DNA of 64,000 nt, from positions 31,744,001 through 31,808,000 of the forward strand of contig OZ024751.1 in the NCBI GenBank assembly GCA_964016885.1. The letters are read 5' to 3'. Source of the DNA: Eledone cirrhosa (lineage: Eukaryota). Position numbers and translations under genes: made by a program. A model generated the notes under the pieces. That model had not been told where the DNA came from, searched no databases, and saw only the letters and a list, made by a program, of their open reading frames with translations. Shown one piece after another: positions 1 to 19,300 of this stretch (its first letter is position 1; the number at the start of each line of letters is the position of its first letter).

Positions 1-1493
1 GCCATATCAGGATTGCTGAAAACAGAGCAGTATTGTTTCTGCAGTATCTCACCCATGGTTTTAGCATTGTCTTGAAGAGTGCCATTTTCATCAATTAGAG
101 GGCCAACAGTAGAGCCAGTGATTTTGTGTTTTTTTGCAAATGAAAAGAACACTTTGGGATTGAGTTTGATCTTCTCAATGGCCCAGGCCTCTTCAGCTCT
201 TCTCTGATTGTTGATGAGGGACATTATGTTGTTTTGGAGGTTATGTTTTTTAATCTCTAGTGATGAAATGGCAGTCAAGTTGATGTGTTGCTGCTGACAG
301 TATTTCAGATTGTTGATTTTTTTGTTCGTTCTCTTAATTTTTCTGATGAGCGTTTTTCTATTTCTAGGGATTCTGCTCTTAGATTTGTTTATAGTTCTTA
401 ATGGGGTGTGTTTAGCACATATGTTTGTAACAGTGTCCACAAATGTCTGCCAGGACTTTTTGATGTTAGTGGGTGTATGAGTGTGCGTGAAGGACCAGTC
501 GACATGTGCAAGATCATGACTGATCGCTTCCCAGTTTGCATTGTGGAAATCCATAGCGTCAAACGGATGGACAGGAGAAATGACATTGGGTTTGTATATT
601 GGACGGTGGAATCTCAGATCACAGAGAACCATGTCATGATCAGAGAGTAGAGTTTTCTCCACTGCAATATTGTGGATATTGTCAGTGTGATTGCTGAAAA
701 TTAAGTCTAGGACGTTTTTGTGGCACCTCGTTGGTTCGAGCACTAGTTGGGATAGGAAGAAATCATCCATGAAGTCAAGAAGCGATTCCACAGCTTCCCT
801 GTCAGAGGTTGAGGCAGAAGAACCTGGTGGCAGGGTGTTTGTGGACCAGTCAACTCCGGGGAGGTTGAAGTCCCCCATCATTAAGATGTTGTCAGGGTGA
901 CACTCTTGGATGAAACACTTTATGCTGTTGAGGCATTCCTTGAAGCATGGTACAGGCGTTTGGGGTGGCCTATAGAGCCCAACTACTAATAGGTTGTTGG
1001 TTTGACTGAATACAGTGACTGCCTCACAGTATCCATTAGTGAATATGTTCATAGCCTCTGTTGAGAAAGAATTATGGACATAAATGGCAGTTCCGCCCTT
1101 TCTTCTGCCAGCGCGATCAGCACGGATGGCTTTGAAATTTTTCACTTTCACCTCGGCTTCCAAGTGGAGGTTACTGAGATGGGTTTCAGTGAGGACGAAG
1201 AAAGGGATGTGGTTTGGATGGACATCAATCCAGTCCTCCAGGAATTTGATCTTCCATTTTTGAGTATTGGTGGAAGGGCTGATGCCTTGGGCGTTAAGCA
1301 AAAATGTAGAGGCGAGAGTGGATGGTTTTAATTGTTTTGGTGTGTTGTTAATTTGTTTGTTTGTTAATGGCAGCAATGGGAGTTTGTGCAGTGGGGTGAT
1401 AGTGGAGGGTGGTGCTGGGTGATAGCTCGAATGTTTTTTTCCAGTTCTTTTGCCAGATTCATTATGGCTAAAAAAGAGGAAGAAGTTTCCTGT
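1..1493 (-). CDS. CR1-like LINE ORF2, N-terminal part (APE endonuclease and linker); open frame runs off the window edge, no initiating ATG near its start
   Basis: Manual translation of the - strand shows no stop from 1493 to 1: ...FLLNAQGI...FVLTETHL...RADRAGRRKGGTAIYV...VGLYRPP...MMGDFNLPGVDW...EPTR..NVLDLIFSN...LSDHDMV...KLNPKVFFSFAKK...VGPLIDENG...EILQKQYCSVFS. These are APE endonuclease motifs plus a CR1-type linker. Missing from the ORF track, probably because it has no stop in the window. Confidence 0.9.
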
Positions 1494-2554
1494 TTAGAAG
1501 ACTGTTGGTGACTGTGGTAGTGGTTATTTTTATGTAGGTTATGGTTTTTGTTTTTGCTTTTATTTTTAATTTTATTTTCATTTATCCGACGGGTCCCCGG
1601 GAGATGGGTAAAGGGACAATCCCGGTCTAAACACAATCTGTCTCGCAGGGAAAAACGGCAGATTTGTGGATTCCTTGTTTGAGTTATTGGTGGTTGTGTT
1701 GGTGTTAAATTAGAGTATGTATTATGGTGGTGGCTGTTTGTGGGGATAGATCGTTTTGTCCTAGGTAAATGGGTGAATTTGCAGCCACTATCCGTACATA
1801 TTCTATAGCGTAGAGAGTAGCGGCAAATGATGGGGTTTCGAGTGGGTGGGTATATGGGTGTGGGTGTTGTGAGAGGTGTAGATGATGGTTTGGGTAGGAT
1901 TTGACGACCTTTGTGGACTGTGGGAGGGAGAGTTCTTGTTCTGGTATTAGAAGGTAAATTCCTTGACATAGCAGTAGACAAAAATGTTGTAGTAGTAGTA
2001 GTAGTAGTAGGCAGAGATGTTGGCAGTGGTGATGATTGGACTGCTGGGCCAGAGAAAGGATGTGGCGTTTCATGCTGTGAGACAGAGGCTACTGGGGGGT
2101 CAATAGTTTCATTTAGTAGATCGGCCATTGTTGATGAATCAAGGAGTGGTTCACACTGTTGTTGTTGCTGTTGTTGATGTTGTTGTTGTAGCTGTTGTTG
2201 ATGTTGTTGTTGTAGCTGTTGTTGTTGTTGCTGTTGTAGCTGCTGTTGTTGTTGTTGTTGCTGTTGTAGCTGCTGTTGTTGTTGTTGCTGCTGCTGGACA
2301 GCATTCGAAGAGAAAACACACCGTAGTTTATCCAAATGTTTATTGATTAATTTAAAAGCAATTTCGATTTGCTTTAATTTATTTTGAATCTGTTGTTCAG
2401 ATCGAGTTTTCAAAAATTGAACTGTACGTTTAGCAATGTCGTTCAGAGATGAAGCATCTATATTTTCTGTTTGGGAAAGGCAATGCCATGTGTTTATTAG
2501 AATGTCGATTTCATTATCAGACCAGTTCTGTTTGGATTTTTGCTGGTTAGCCAT
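1364..2554 (-). CDS. LINE ORF1 protein: N-terminal Myb/SANT-like (trihelix-type) domain, polyQ, Pro/Thr-rich linker, two CCCH-type zinc fingers
   Basis: 396-aa ORF directly upstream of the endonuclease frame. It contains NWSDNEIDILINTW...IAKR...RSEQQIQNKLKQI and two C-x8-C-x4-C-x3-H motifs (CRYSLRYRICTDSGCKFTH, CRFSLRDRLCLDRDCPFTH). Confidence 0.75.
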   Translation of the reverse strand: MANQQKSKQNWSDNEIDILINTWHCLSQTENIDASSLNDIAKRTVQFLKTRSEQQIQNKLKQIEIAFKLINKHLDKLRCVFSSNAVQQQQQQQQQLQQQQQQQQQLQQQQQQQLQQQHQQQLQQQHQQQQQQQCEPLLDSSTMADLLNETIDPPVASVSQHETPHPFSGPAVQSSPLPTSLPTTTTTTTTFLSTAMSRNLPSNTRTRTLPPTVHKGRQILPKPSSTPLTTPTPIYPPTRNPIICRYSLRYRICTDSGCKFTHLPRTKRSIPTNSHHHNTYSNLTPTQPPITQTRNPQICRFSLRDRLCLDRDCPFTHLPGTRRINENKIKNKSKNKNHNLHKNNHYHSHQQSSKQETSSSFLAIMNLAKELEKNIRAITQHHPPLSPHCTNSHCCH

Positions 2555-2564
2555 TCTAGTTTTG

Positions 2565-3005
2565 AGTGTGTGTGTGTTTTAGTTAAGTATTTCAATATAT
2601 ATATATTTTTTTTTTAAATTTATTTTTGATTTATTTTTGTTTTTTGTTTTTCTTGTGTGTGAGTGAGAAGCGTATATATATATAAATATGAGTATATATA
2701 TATATATATATGTATATTCTGGTTATTTGAAATTAATTAAGTTAATGAAAAGACGAAAGTATATAATAATAATTTGTAGTTAAAGGAAAATGTACTCACA
2801 AGTTCGTGTGTGTGTGTTTTAGTTAAGTATTTCAATATATATATATTTTTTTAAAATTTATTTTTGTTTTTTGTTTTTCTTGTGTGTGAGTGAGAAGCGT
2901 ATATATATAAATATGAGTATATATATATATATATATATGTATATTCTGGTTATTTGAAATTAATGAAAAGACGAAAGTATATAATAGTAATTTGTAGTTA
3001 AAGGA
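2565..3005. repeat. Tandem duplication of a ~200-240 bp unit (putative LINE 5'UTR monomers)
   Basis: gtgtgtgtgttttagttaagtatttcaatatatat...gaaaagacgaaagtatataa...atttgtagttaaagga starts at both ~2566 and ~2806. Confidence 0.85.
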
Positions 3006-8624
<5,619 letters not shown>

Positions 8625-10250
8625 TCCCAGCAGTTCTCCTAAAAATATGTAAGCGGGCCTTAGCAACTCCACTGAAGATGCTCTTCAGAAGCTCCTTGGC
8701 TAGCGGTGTACTACCCAGGGAGCTGAAAGAAGGCACAATATGCCCTATCATAAAGGAGGTAGTAGAGCGGAGGCCAAGAACTATAGGCCAGTCTCCCTGA
8801 CGTCCCATATCAGTAAGGTCATGGAGCGAGTCGTCAGAAAGAAACTAATCACTTTCCTCGAAGAAAATGACCGCCTGACTAGCACGCAACATGGCTTCCG
8901 CCCAGGAAGAAGCTGCCTTACACAGCTGCTACATCACTACGACTGGGTACTGAGACAGCTACTAGACAGCTCACATGTAGACGTGATATATCTTGACTTT
9001 GCGAAGGCCTTTGACAAGGTCGACCACGGAATGATATGTCACAAACTACACGGACTCGGCATAACTGGAAAAGTAGGTGAGTGGCTGCATGGCTTCCTGA
9101 GGGACAGAAGCCAGGCAGTCGCAGCAAATGGGGCTCTCTCGAGGGAAACACCGATAACAAGTGGGGTGCCTCAGGGGACAGTCCTGGGACCACTACTGTT
9201 TTTGCTGGCTCTCTCGGACATGCCCTCTGTGGTGCATGCAACAACATCCCTCACTAGCTATGCTGATGACACTAAGGTAGCACAGGCAATCAAAAACCCG
9301 ACTGACACTGCCCTCTTACAGCAGGATCTGGATGCCATATACAGATGGGCGGAAGAAAACAACATGCAGTTTAATGCTGGCAAATTCCAAGCCCTACAAT
9401 ACAAACCTGCAAACACAAACACAAATATAGCGGAACACAGCTACACAGGACCAGGAGGGACCGATATCCCCGTGTCAAAATCGATACGAGACCTGGGCAT
9501 AGACATGAGCGATGATGCATCTTTTTCTTCACACATCATGAAGGTGGCGACAGCATGTAGACGATTCGCTGGCTGGATCTTGAGGACTTTCCTTACAAGA
9601 GATCGAGACACCATGTTGACACTGTGGAGGACTTTTGTCCTAAGCCGCCTGGACTACTGCTCCCAGCTGTGGTCACCCCATAGTGTCAAACTAACCACAG
9701 AGCTTGAGGCAATCCAGCGAAGCTACACCAAGAGGATTGCCAAGATGAGGGAGACAAGCTACTGGGAGAGGCTGAAGGAACTGAACCTCTACTCCTTGGA
9801 GCGAAGACGGGAGAGATACGCAGTGATCTACATGTGGAAAAATCCTGGAGGGACTAGCACCAAACTTTGGCATTGGGAGCTGACCAACCGTCGAACAGGA
9901 CGTCACTGTGTGGTGCCAAAGGTCCCGTCTTCCACATCTAGAATAAGGAGCAGGTATTGCAATAGCCTGGGATTCAAGGGCCCTCAACTCTTCAACAGGC
10001 TGCCGAGGCATCTGCGAGACTTGCATGACGTGGAGGTGGATGTCTTTAAGAAACATCTCGACACCTTGTTATCCAGGATCCCGGATGAGCCCACAGCAAG
10101 ACACGAGGGAAACCTAAGGGCAGCAGCAACAAACTCCCTCCTACACCAGTGGCCAACCTATACAGGCTGGAGATAAAGTGTGTAGCAGCAAGGGCGGTGC
10201 CCCAGCATGGCCTCAGCCGGATGGCTGAAACAGGTAAAAGAGTAAAAGAG
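8625..10250 (+). mobile_element. 5'-truncated CR1-like LINE (RT domain, C-terminus, 3'UTR) with frameshifts
   Basis: [73 protein letters not shown]. Frameshifts near 8750 and 9840. The 3' end has the hairpin tcagcc-ggat-ggctga (10213-10228) and a short (GTAAAAGA)2 tail. Confidence 0.92.
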
Positions 10251-12362
<2,112 letters not shown>

Positions 12363-13285
12363 CGGACATTTAAGTTGATTATATATATGTATAATATAAT
12401 CTGGCTTCTCTCATCACGGGATAACTTGTCTAACCCATGCTAGCGTGGAAAATGGACGTTAAATGATGATATATATATATATTTTCATTCATACATGTCT
12501 GGACTTGAGTCATTTTTTTTTTTTTTTTTTTTTTTTTGCACCTATTACATAAATACCTTAATCTATTTACTGTTACCGACAACCTAATGTCCTTAAATTT
12601 CTCCTATCCTTACTTTTATTTTCTGTCTTTTTAAGACGATACTGTTAACGTTTCATTGAAATTCCTTCCCGCAAACGACACTGTTTCTTATTCCTCTCAG
12701 CAAGATAGAAGCAATCATCCACCGATTACAACAAACAACGTTGTGACCCTCATAACTTGCATTGAAAAAGAGAATATATAATCTTGTCTTTATATGTCTG
12801 TCGTTTAGAAGGAGTGGTTAATGATACGATCTTATTTCTGAATGTAATATAAAATGTTCGGGGTCAAAGTTTTTTAGGTTAGTTATCTTGACTGTTAAAT
12901 AAATTCGCGTGTCGCACTATTTAGTGTAGTAACTTCAGTTTTACTTGGATCGATTTAATCGACCCTTCCCCCCTCAAATTGCTGGCCTTGTGCCTAAATT
13001 AGAAACAATTATTATTATTTTTATTAGCAGCTCTAGTTCACATAGAAATTTTAAAAAAAGAAAAAACAAAAACTTTTAAAACACACACACATTTAGATAG
13101 AGAGAGAAAGCGAGTGGATGTTGTCAAGCACGTGAAATCTTAAGGATGTATCCACTTGCGTGGCTTAAGTGAGAGTTAACCGTAGTTGTTCTTTTTTGAC
13201 TAAATGACATGATTCCACTGACAACTGCTTGGAAAGAAGTTGTAGTGAGACTATCGTATTCTTCAACATTTCTTTTTATCTACAG

Positions 13286-13355
13286 ACTCGCCATCCGTAC
13301 CTACCAACTTGTGTGCTTGCGATCTACAACACCCGAAGAATTATATGCACAGAAA
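13286..13355 (+). CDS. NBAS: NBAS exon (first one in window)
   Basis: tacag|...|gtaagt; LAIRTYQLVCLRSTTPEELYAQK. Confidence 0.9.
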
Positions 13356-16300
13356 GTAAGTAGTCATGTTACATAACTCTTCAGAATTCAGCTAACTTTT
13401 TAATAAGACAATGAGAGTTACTTGCTCTTTATTAAACTTAGCTCCTTCGTTTGATGTAAAGGCTTTCAATTTCTTTCTTTCTTTTTTTTTTAATTATTAT
13501 TATTAGTTTATAATCAACAGCGAGGTTATTATAATTAAAGCACGGCGTTATGAATTCTAATTACTTTGTTCAAACAATTCCGTCTTTATTTTTTTATTTT
13601 ATTTCTTCCTTTTATTTATTTTATTTCATGGTAATGTTGTAGTCTTATGTTCTTAAAAACAAGAAAAAATGTCTCCGCTGGCCGCCAAACGAGATGATAG
13701 AAGTTACACATTTGACAAAGTGAAAGTGGAGCGTGATACTCAATGATCGCAGACTTTCTTCGTTCCGTAATGATGTTTACTGTTAAAAAACCAGTATGAA
13801 AACTTTGACAACGTGTAACTGTAGCTAGTATCATCTTCGTTCGGCGACTAGTAAAGAGCTCGTAAAGATGAATTGTTGGCAGAAAGGACTTTACTGCAGA
13901 TCAGTTATTGAACTGGTCGGCAGTGAAGGACTTCCGGCGAGGCGAGTAACAAGACATGGACTTTAATGTGCATCGCTCCATCTTAAATGTCATTTTAAAT
14001 GTTTGTCATAATAAACAACAGTTCAACAAATCGCCGTTTTTGTTGTTGTTTTGCGTATAGCTTAACTAAAGCTATAAATGGTGGACCCCCCACCCCCGAA
14101 GAAAGAAAACAAAACGCGTAATCATGGCAAACGAAAACGCAATCGAACTTGATCTCCCACAGTTCTGGTAAAAAAAGAACCGAAATAGGGTTCGCACAAT
14201 CCGAGGCGCAGTTCAACATCAAGAAGATCACGTCGGATCTAACAATGTATTCGTATGCTACAGCATCCCTGTACGAAGACACAACCACAAGTGAAGATTT
14301 TTTTTTCTTATTTTACAAACGTACAACAAACTTTTATCAGGGTAAATCTGTGGATATGAAATACAGACCACTAAAAAATCTATATCGTCATAACCAGAAA
14401 TAGCTATCATAACCTCCACTCCACCCGGGATATTTAAGCTGAATTAGCTAACTTCACTCTTTACCTTTCATTCTACTGGTCTTTGACACATTTGACAGTC
14501 CATGTCCAGCTGTAGTAGTCTCTAGTCATTAAAGCACTGCTGCAGCTAGGCCAGTATATCTGCGTTGCACCAAGGCAATATCTTATCTTAATAAACATCT
14601 CCACATTTACCCACGTATTTCCAACATATATATATAAATTAGCTTTTATCTGTGGACATTACATCTAGCAATCTGTTAATGAGATACTCTCTGTTATATC
14701 AAACCATTCCGGTTATGCTATATTTTGCACATGGTGTCGCTGTATACCATAGGACGAATAAAAATTGTTAATTAGCAATTAGACGCCCCCCCCCCATAAA
14801 CAAACCAAAAAACAACATTGTGAATGAATGAGAGATGTGAAGCAGCTGATAAATAATTTGATGATTATGTTTTCATAGATTGACAATGAAGAGTATGGGG
14901 AAGGTGAAGGGAAGTCTATTTGTCATGTTCGTCATTTCTTCCACATCATCATCATCGTTTAATGTCCATTTTCCATGCTAGCAGGGGTAGGAGAGGCTGT
15001 CCCTTTGAGAGGGAGCAGGTTGAGGGACCTTGATTCGCTCACATAGAACTGATTTTTGGCTTGGTTTCTATGGATGGATGCCCTTCCTAACGCCAACCAC
15101 AACAAATACAATTCTGGTTTAATATATAGCTTTACTTCACCTCAATTGTAAAAAAAAGTAAAAAAATATGATTACTTTGAATCGTAAATACAATGTTTGA
15201 TGTAATGTTCACAAATGAATATAGTGTTCAATAAGGATTCTGTGTTGTGCAAGAGTCTTTTTATTTACCATGGGATGTTTGTTCCTTTTAAAAAAGTGAC
15301 AAGTTGTAGTCAGTATGTAGCCAACAGATGTAGTAAAATGTTATATGAACAAGCTGTGTTGTTTAGGTAAAGTAGCAGTGAACTGAGTGATGCTAAGGCC
15401 ACACAACAGCTTATCTATAATGACCACTAGTTATTTTACTGATAGATAACAGATGGCCCTAGAAAATGTTCTCCATACAATCGGTACTGTAAATCCTTCC
15501 ATCAGGGAAATTTATTTATTTTCTTCCCTTCAAGGTCATAGGTCACTAAGTTGGTGGTTGTCTCCGTAAGAGGAAAACATTTCTTTTGCTACAAAGGTGT
15601 GGCATTAATAAATAATTTGATTTATGTATTTATAGATTGACAATGAAGAATATGGTGAAGCCCTGGCATTGGCCAAAGCTTATGGTTTGGACTGTGATTT
15701 AGTTTATCAACGTCAGTGGCAAAAGTCTGCTGTTTCTCTTGCTTCAATTGAAGATTATTTGGTAAGAATCTACATAAGATATTTATTAAGGATTTTTTTT
15801 ACATATTTACTCTATAACTACAAATATCTGCTCTACAGCTACTAATATTTACTATACAGCTACTAATATTTACTATACAGCTACTAATATTTACTATACA
15901 GCTACTAATATTTACTATACAGCTACTAATTTACTATATAACTACAAATATTTGCTATACAGCTACTAATATTTATTATATAGCTACTAATATTAATTAT
16001 ATAGCTAATATTTATTATATAGCTACTAATATCTACTATAACTACTAATATAAAATATGCTTTATATTTTAGCGTAAAATAAGCAAACGTTCGTGGGTTC
16101 TTCATGAATGTCTTGAACGAGTTCCAGATTCTATAAATGCTCTCCGGGAACTGATGGAATATGGACTGAAAGGAACTGACTTACAAGCTATGATTGCAAT
16201 TGCCAAAAAAGAAGATGGTGGAAGGTAAATGAGAATCTTTTATGTTTTGTGTTTGGATATGTCTGTAAATTTATATATATATATTCCACCAATATATATA

Positions 16301-19300
16301 TATATAGATACTCTTGGGTCTCGAATAACTGCCCCCTGCTTATTAATTTTTCGGAATTTTTCCAACCCCCACCCCACTTATTAATTTTGCTAATCTATCT
16401 CTGGTGAAATTTTATTTTAAGTGATAGCATTCCTGCGACAATTAATTTTCTTTAGACATTAAAAAACATTATACATGACAAAAAAAGTACATTACTAGAC
16501 ATCCCATACATTATAAAATAAATAGGATGAGTTGGGGGGTTTCAATATGTAAACCAAACATTGATTTTTTTTAAAAACCAGAATTAGTTGGAGACAGCCT
16601 AGAAAATTACACATTTCCACCTCCCCTATTATTTGGGACGTGAGAGTATATATATATATATCGTGGAGCTATGTATTTGTTGTCTCCAGCTTGATTCCTT
16701 TTGACTACTCTTTAATAGCTTATCTGTATATAATTTAATTTGTTGAATTATTTACTTTTTCAGATTAGTAATGTGTAATGATGAAGATTTAATATATGAC
16801 AGCGATGAAGAAGAAGATTATGATCCCTTCAGTGCTCTTTGCATTCAAAGAAGACACAATAAAATATTTCAGAGAAGAGAAGAATTGCTCAGTCAGATTG
16901 ATTTTTGTTCGTGAGTAATATATAATATATCATATAATAATATAGTAATATATAATATCACCAGGGCAGTGGATTGGCAGTATTGGTAGTCAGACAGACA
17001 CCATGCTTTGCAGCATAGACTTAGGGCCCTTTACGTTCTGATTTCAAATCCTGCCGAGGTTAGCTTTGCCTTTCATCCTTAAGGGGTTGATAAAATAAAG
17101 TACCAGTAATGTACTGGGTTCGATATAATCGACTTACTCCTCCCCCAATATATATAATATCACCTGTTTTATTTAATGAATGCATCCAGTTTAGAATAGA
17201 TACACTGGTATCTCTATAATGCAGCCAGGCCTTAGTAAAGGATATGTAAACACAACTGAATGGATCTGGTTTAGAATAGATACACTGTATCTCTATAATG
17301 CAGCCAGGCCTTAGTAAAGGATATGTGAAGATAATTGCAAAACTGTTTTTACATCAACTTTTCCATGCTGGGAGGGTTGGGCAGGATGATTTGTGACAAT
17401 GTTTTACAGCTGGGTGCTCTTCTTGATACCAACTCTTTTTGGTTGCCTCTTGTAACAGACAGAGATATAGTATACCTATTCAAAAAACTAGGACACACCT
17501 GACATTCTCAGGGAGATTCAGTGGGACAAGGGTGGCCTTTAGAGATTTGACAAAAAGAGATTGATAAAATAAGCATCAGAACCAAGTCTGTTATAAAATT
17601 TCAGACTAATTTCCTTCCTTCAGTTATTTGATCACACTGTTTAGTTTTCTTCTTTTTCTTCTTCTTACAGTTTGTTGTTGGAACAGAAAGAACTTTCTCG
17701 TGCTCGAATGAAACTATTGCAGTACCTTTACCGATTGAGGACATATGAGGTAGATCATGTTTGAATTATTTCTTCTTTTCCTCACTATCCAAACACCACC
17801 ACTATTAAGCATCACCACAATAAAAAGCACTCATTTCAGCCTGTACGGTGATTACTGCTGGTGTTATGATAAAGTACATCTAGTTCACTCTGTAAAGTGG
17901 CAGTGGTGGTGCCATGATAAAATACACCCAGTCTATTCTGTAAAGTAGTAATGTTAGTGCCACGGCAAAAAGCACCCAGTCTATCCTGTAAGGTGGTATT
18001 ACTTGTACCACAACAAAAAGCACCTAGTCTATCCTGTGAGGTGGTCGTACTTGTACCATGGCAAAAAGCACCCAGTCCATTCTGTAAGGTGGCAGTGTAG
18101 TGACCTGACCTGTCTGTCTTCAGAACATGGCAACCTGCCTAACCCTTGCAAATGTGGGAAATAGGCATAAAACATTGCTGCTGATGATGTTCCATGCTGA
18201 TATTAGTTGACCAAGTCTGCTACACAGCATTCTTCTATGTATTTTGAACTTATTGTCAGAGAATTATGTCACAGCTGCTGTTATTGCTGTTGCTGTTGTT
18301 ATTGTTACTCTTAAGTCCAGAGAGAGAGGAAGAAATAAGAAAGAGATTTAGAGGAAGATACAACCCCTGGTACAAGACTGGTACTCTATTTTATCGACCT
18401 ATAAAGAATGAAAGGCAAAGTTGACCTCATCAGGATTTGAACTCAGACAATACAAAGAGCCACAACATTTCTAACCATTCTACCAATTCCAATTTATATT
18501 GTTGGAGTCAAAGAAAATCTTTTTATTTTGTTTTTGTTTTAATTTTATTGTTTTGATATTTTGATATTTTTTCTTTTATTAACCAAATATTTTTATTGAT
18601 TTTCTTTTCTTTTCCAGCTTATTTTAGGTGGCATCCATGTTGCTCAAGAACGCTTTAATAAAGTGTTTTTTGAAAGGTTTCGTTCAGAAAATATTGTGGA
18701 AGAAGCTGTTAAATTTGCTCAGGTTAGATTTGGTTAAATTAACCCCCACCTCATTATCTAAGTAGCCCACCTTAATCTTCTCCCCATCACCCTCTAACAA
18801 CTTCCTGTCACCAATGACAGTCACCCTCCTCCTTTGAACCTCCCTGGCTTGTCCAATTCCTTCCAGCATGGAAAAGCAGCTCCAACCTTCATCTCCCCAC
18901 TCTTCACTCATTGTCAACATACAAAGATAGATGCCCCATCCAACCTATGCTAACATGGAAACCTTGACATGCTCCACCTTGTACCCTGATAAAATACTTG
19001 GTTTGAGTTCGGAAAGACATTGGACTAGGGATGTCAGCTCATTCATTCTGTTTCTGTCTTTTGTTTTGGCCTATGTTTTGGGGTCCCTCTCAAACTGCTA
19101 ATTTTTGAAATTAGAAAGTGGCTCTTTTTTTTTTTCTTTTTTTACAATATTAGAAATGGTGAATGTTAGAAATAATAGTTTAGAAAATCAGTTAAAATAC
19201 TCTTATGGATAGAAAATAAGGGGCCAGAAATCACTACAAGAGTTGAATTCTCTGTGCTGTTTGCCTACTACTTTTTTCTATCATCATCATCATCATCGTT

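Larger units (their letters stand above)
1..3005 (-). mobile_element. CR1-clade-like non-LTR retrotransposon, 5' portion apparently intact (5'UTR, ORF1, start of ORF2)
   Basis: ORF1-ORF2(APE) layout with both frames uninterrupted; the 5' region is made of two tandem monomers. Confidence 0.85.

Noticed and set aside
398-1331. Short ORFs on both strands listed in the track
   Set aside because: Shadow frames of the LINE ORF2 endonuclease region.
8740-10176. 478-aa RT ORF as an intact or domesticated gene
   Set aside because: It is 5'-truncated, has a frameshift at its start and an apparent compensating frameshift pair near 9840-9885, and ends in a LINE 3' tail.
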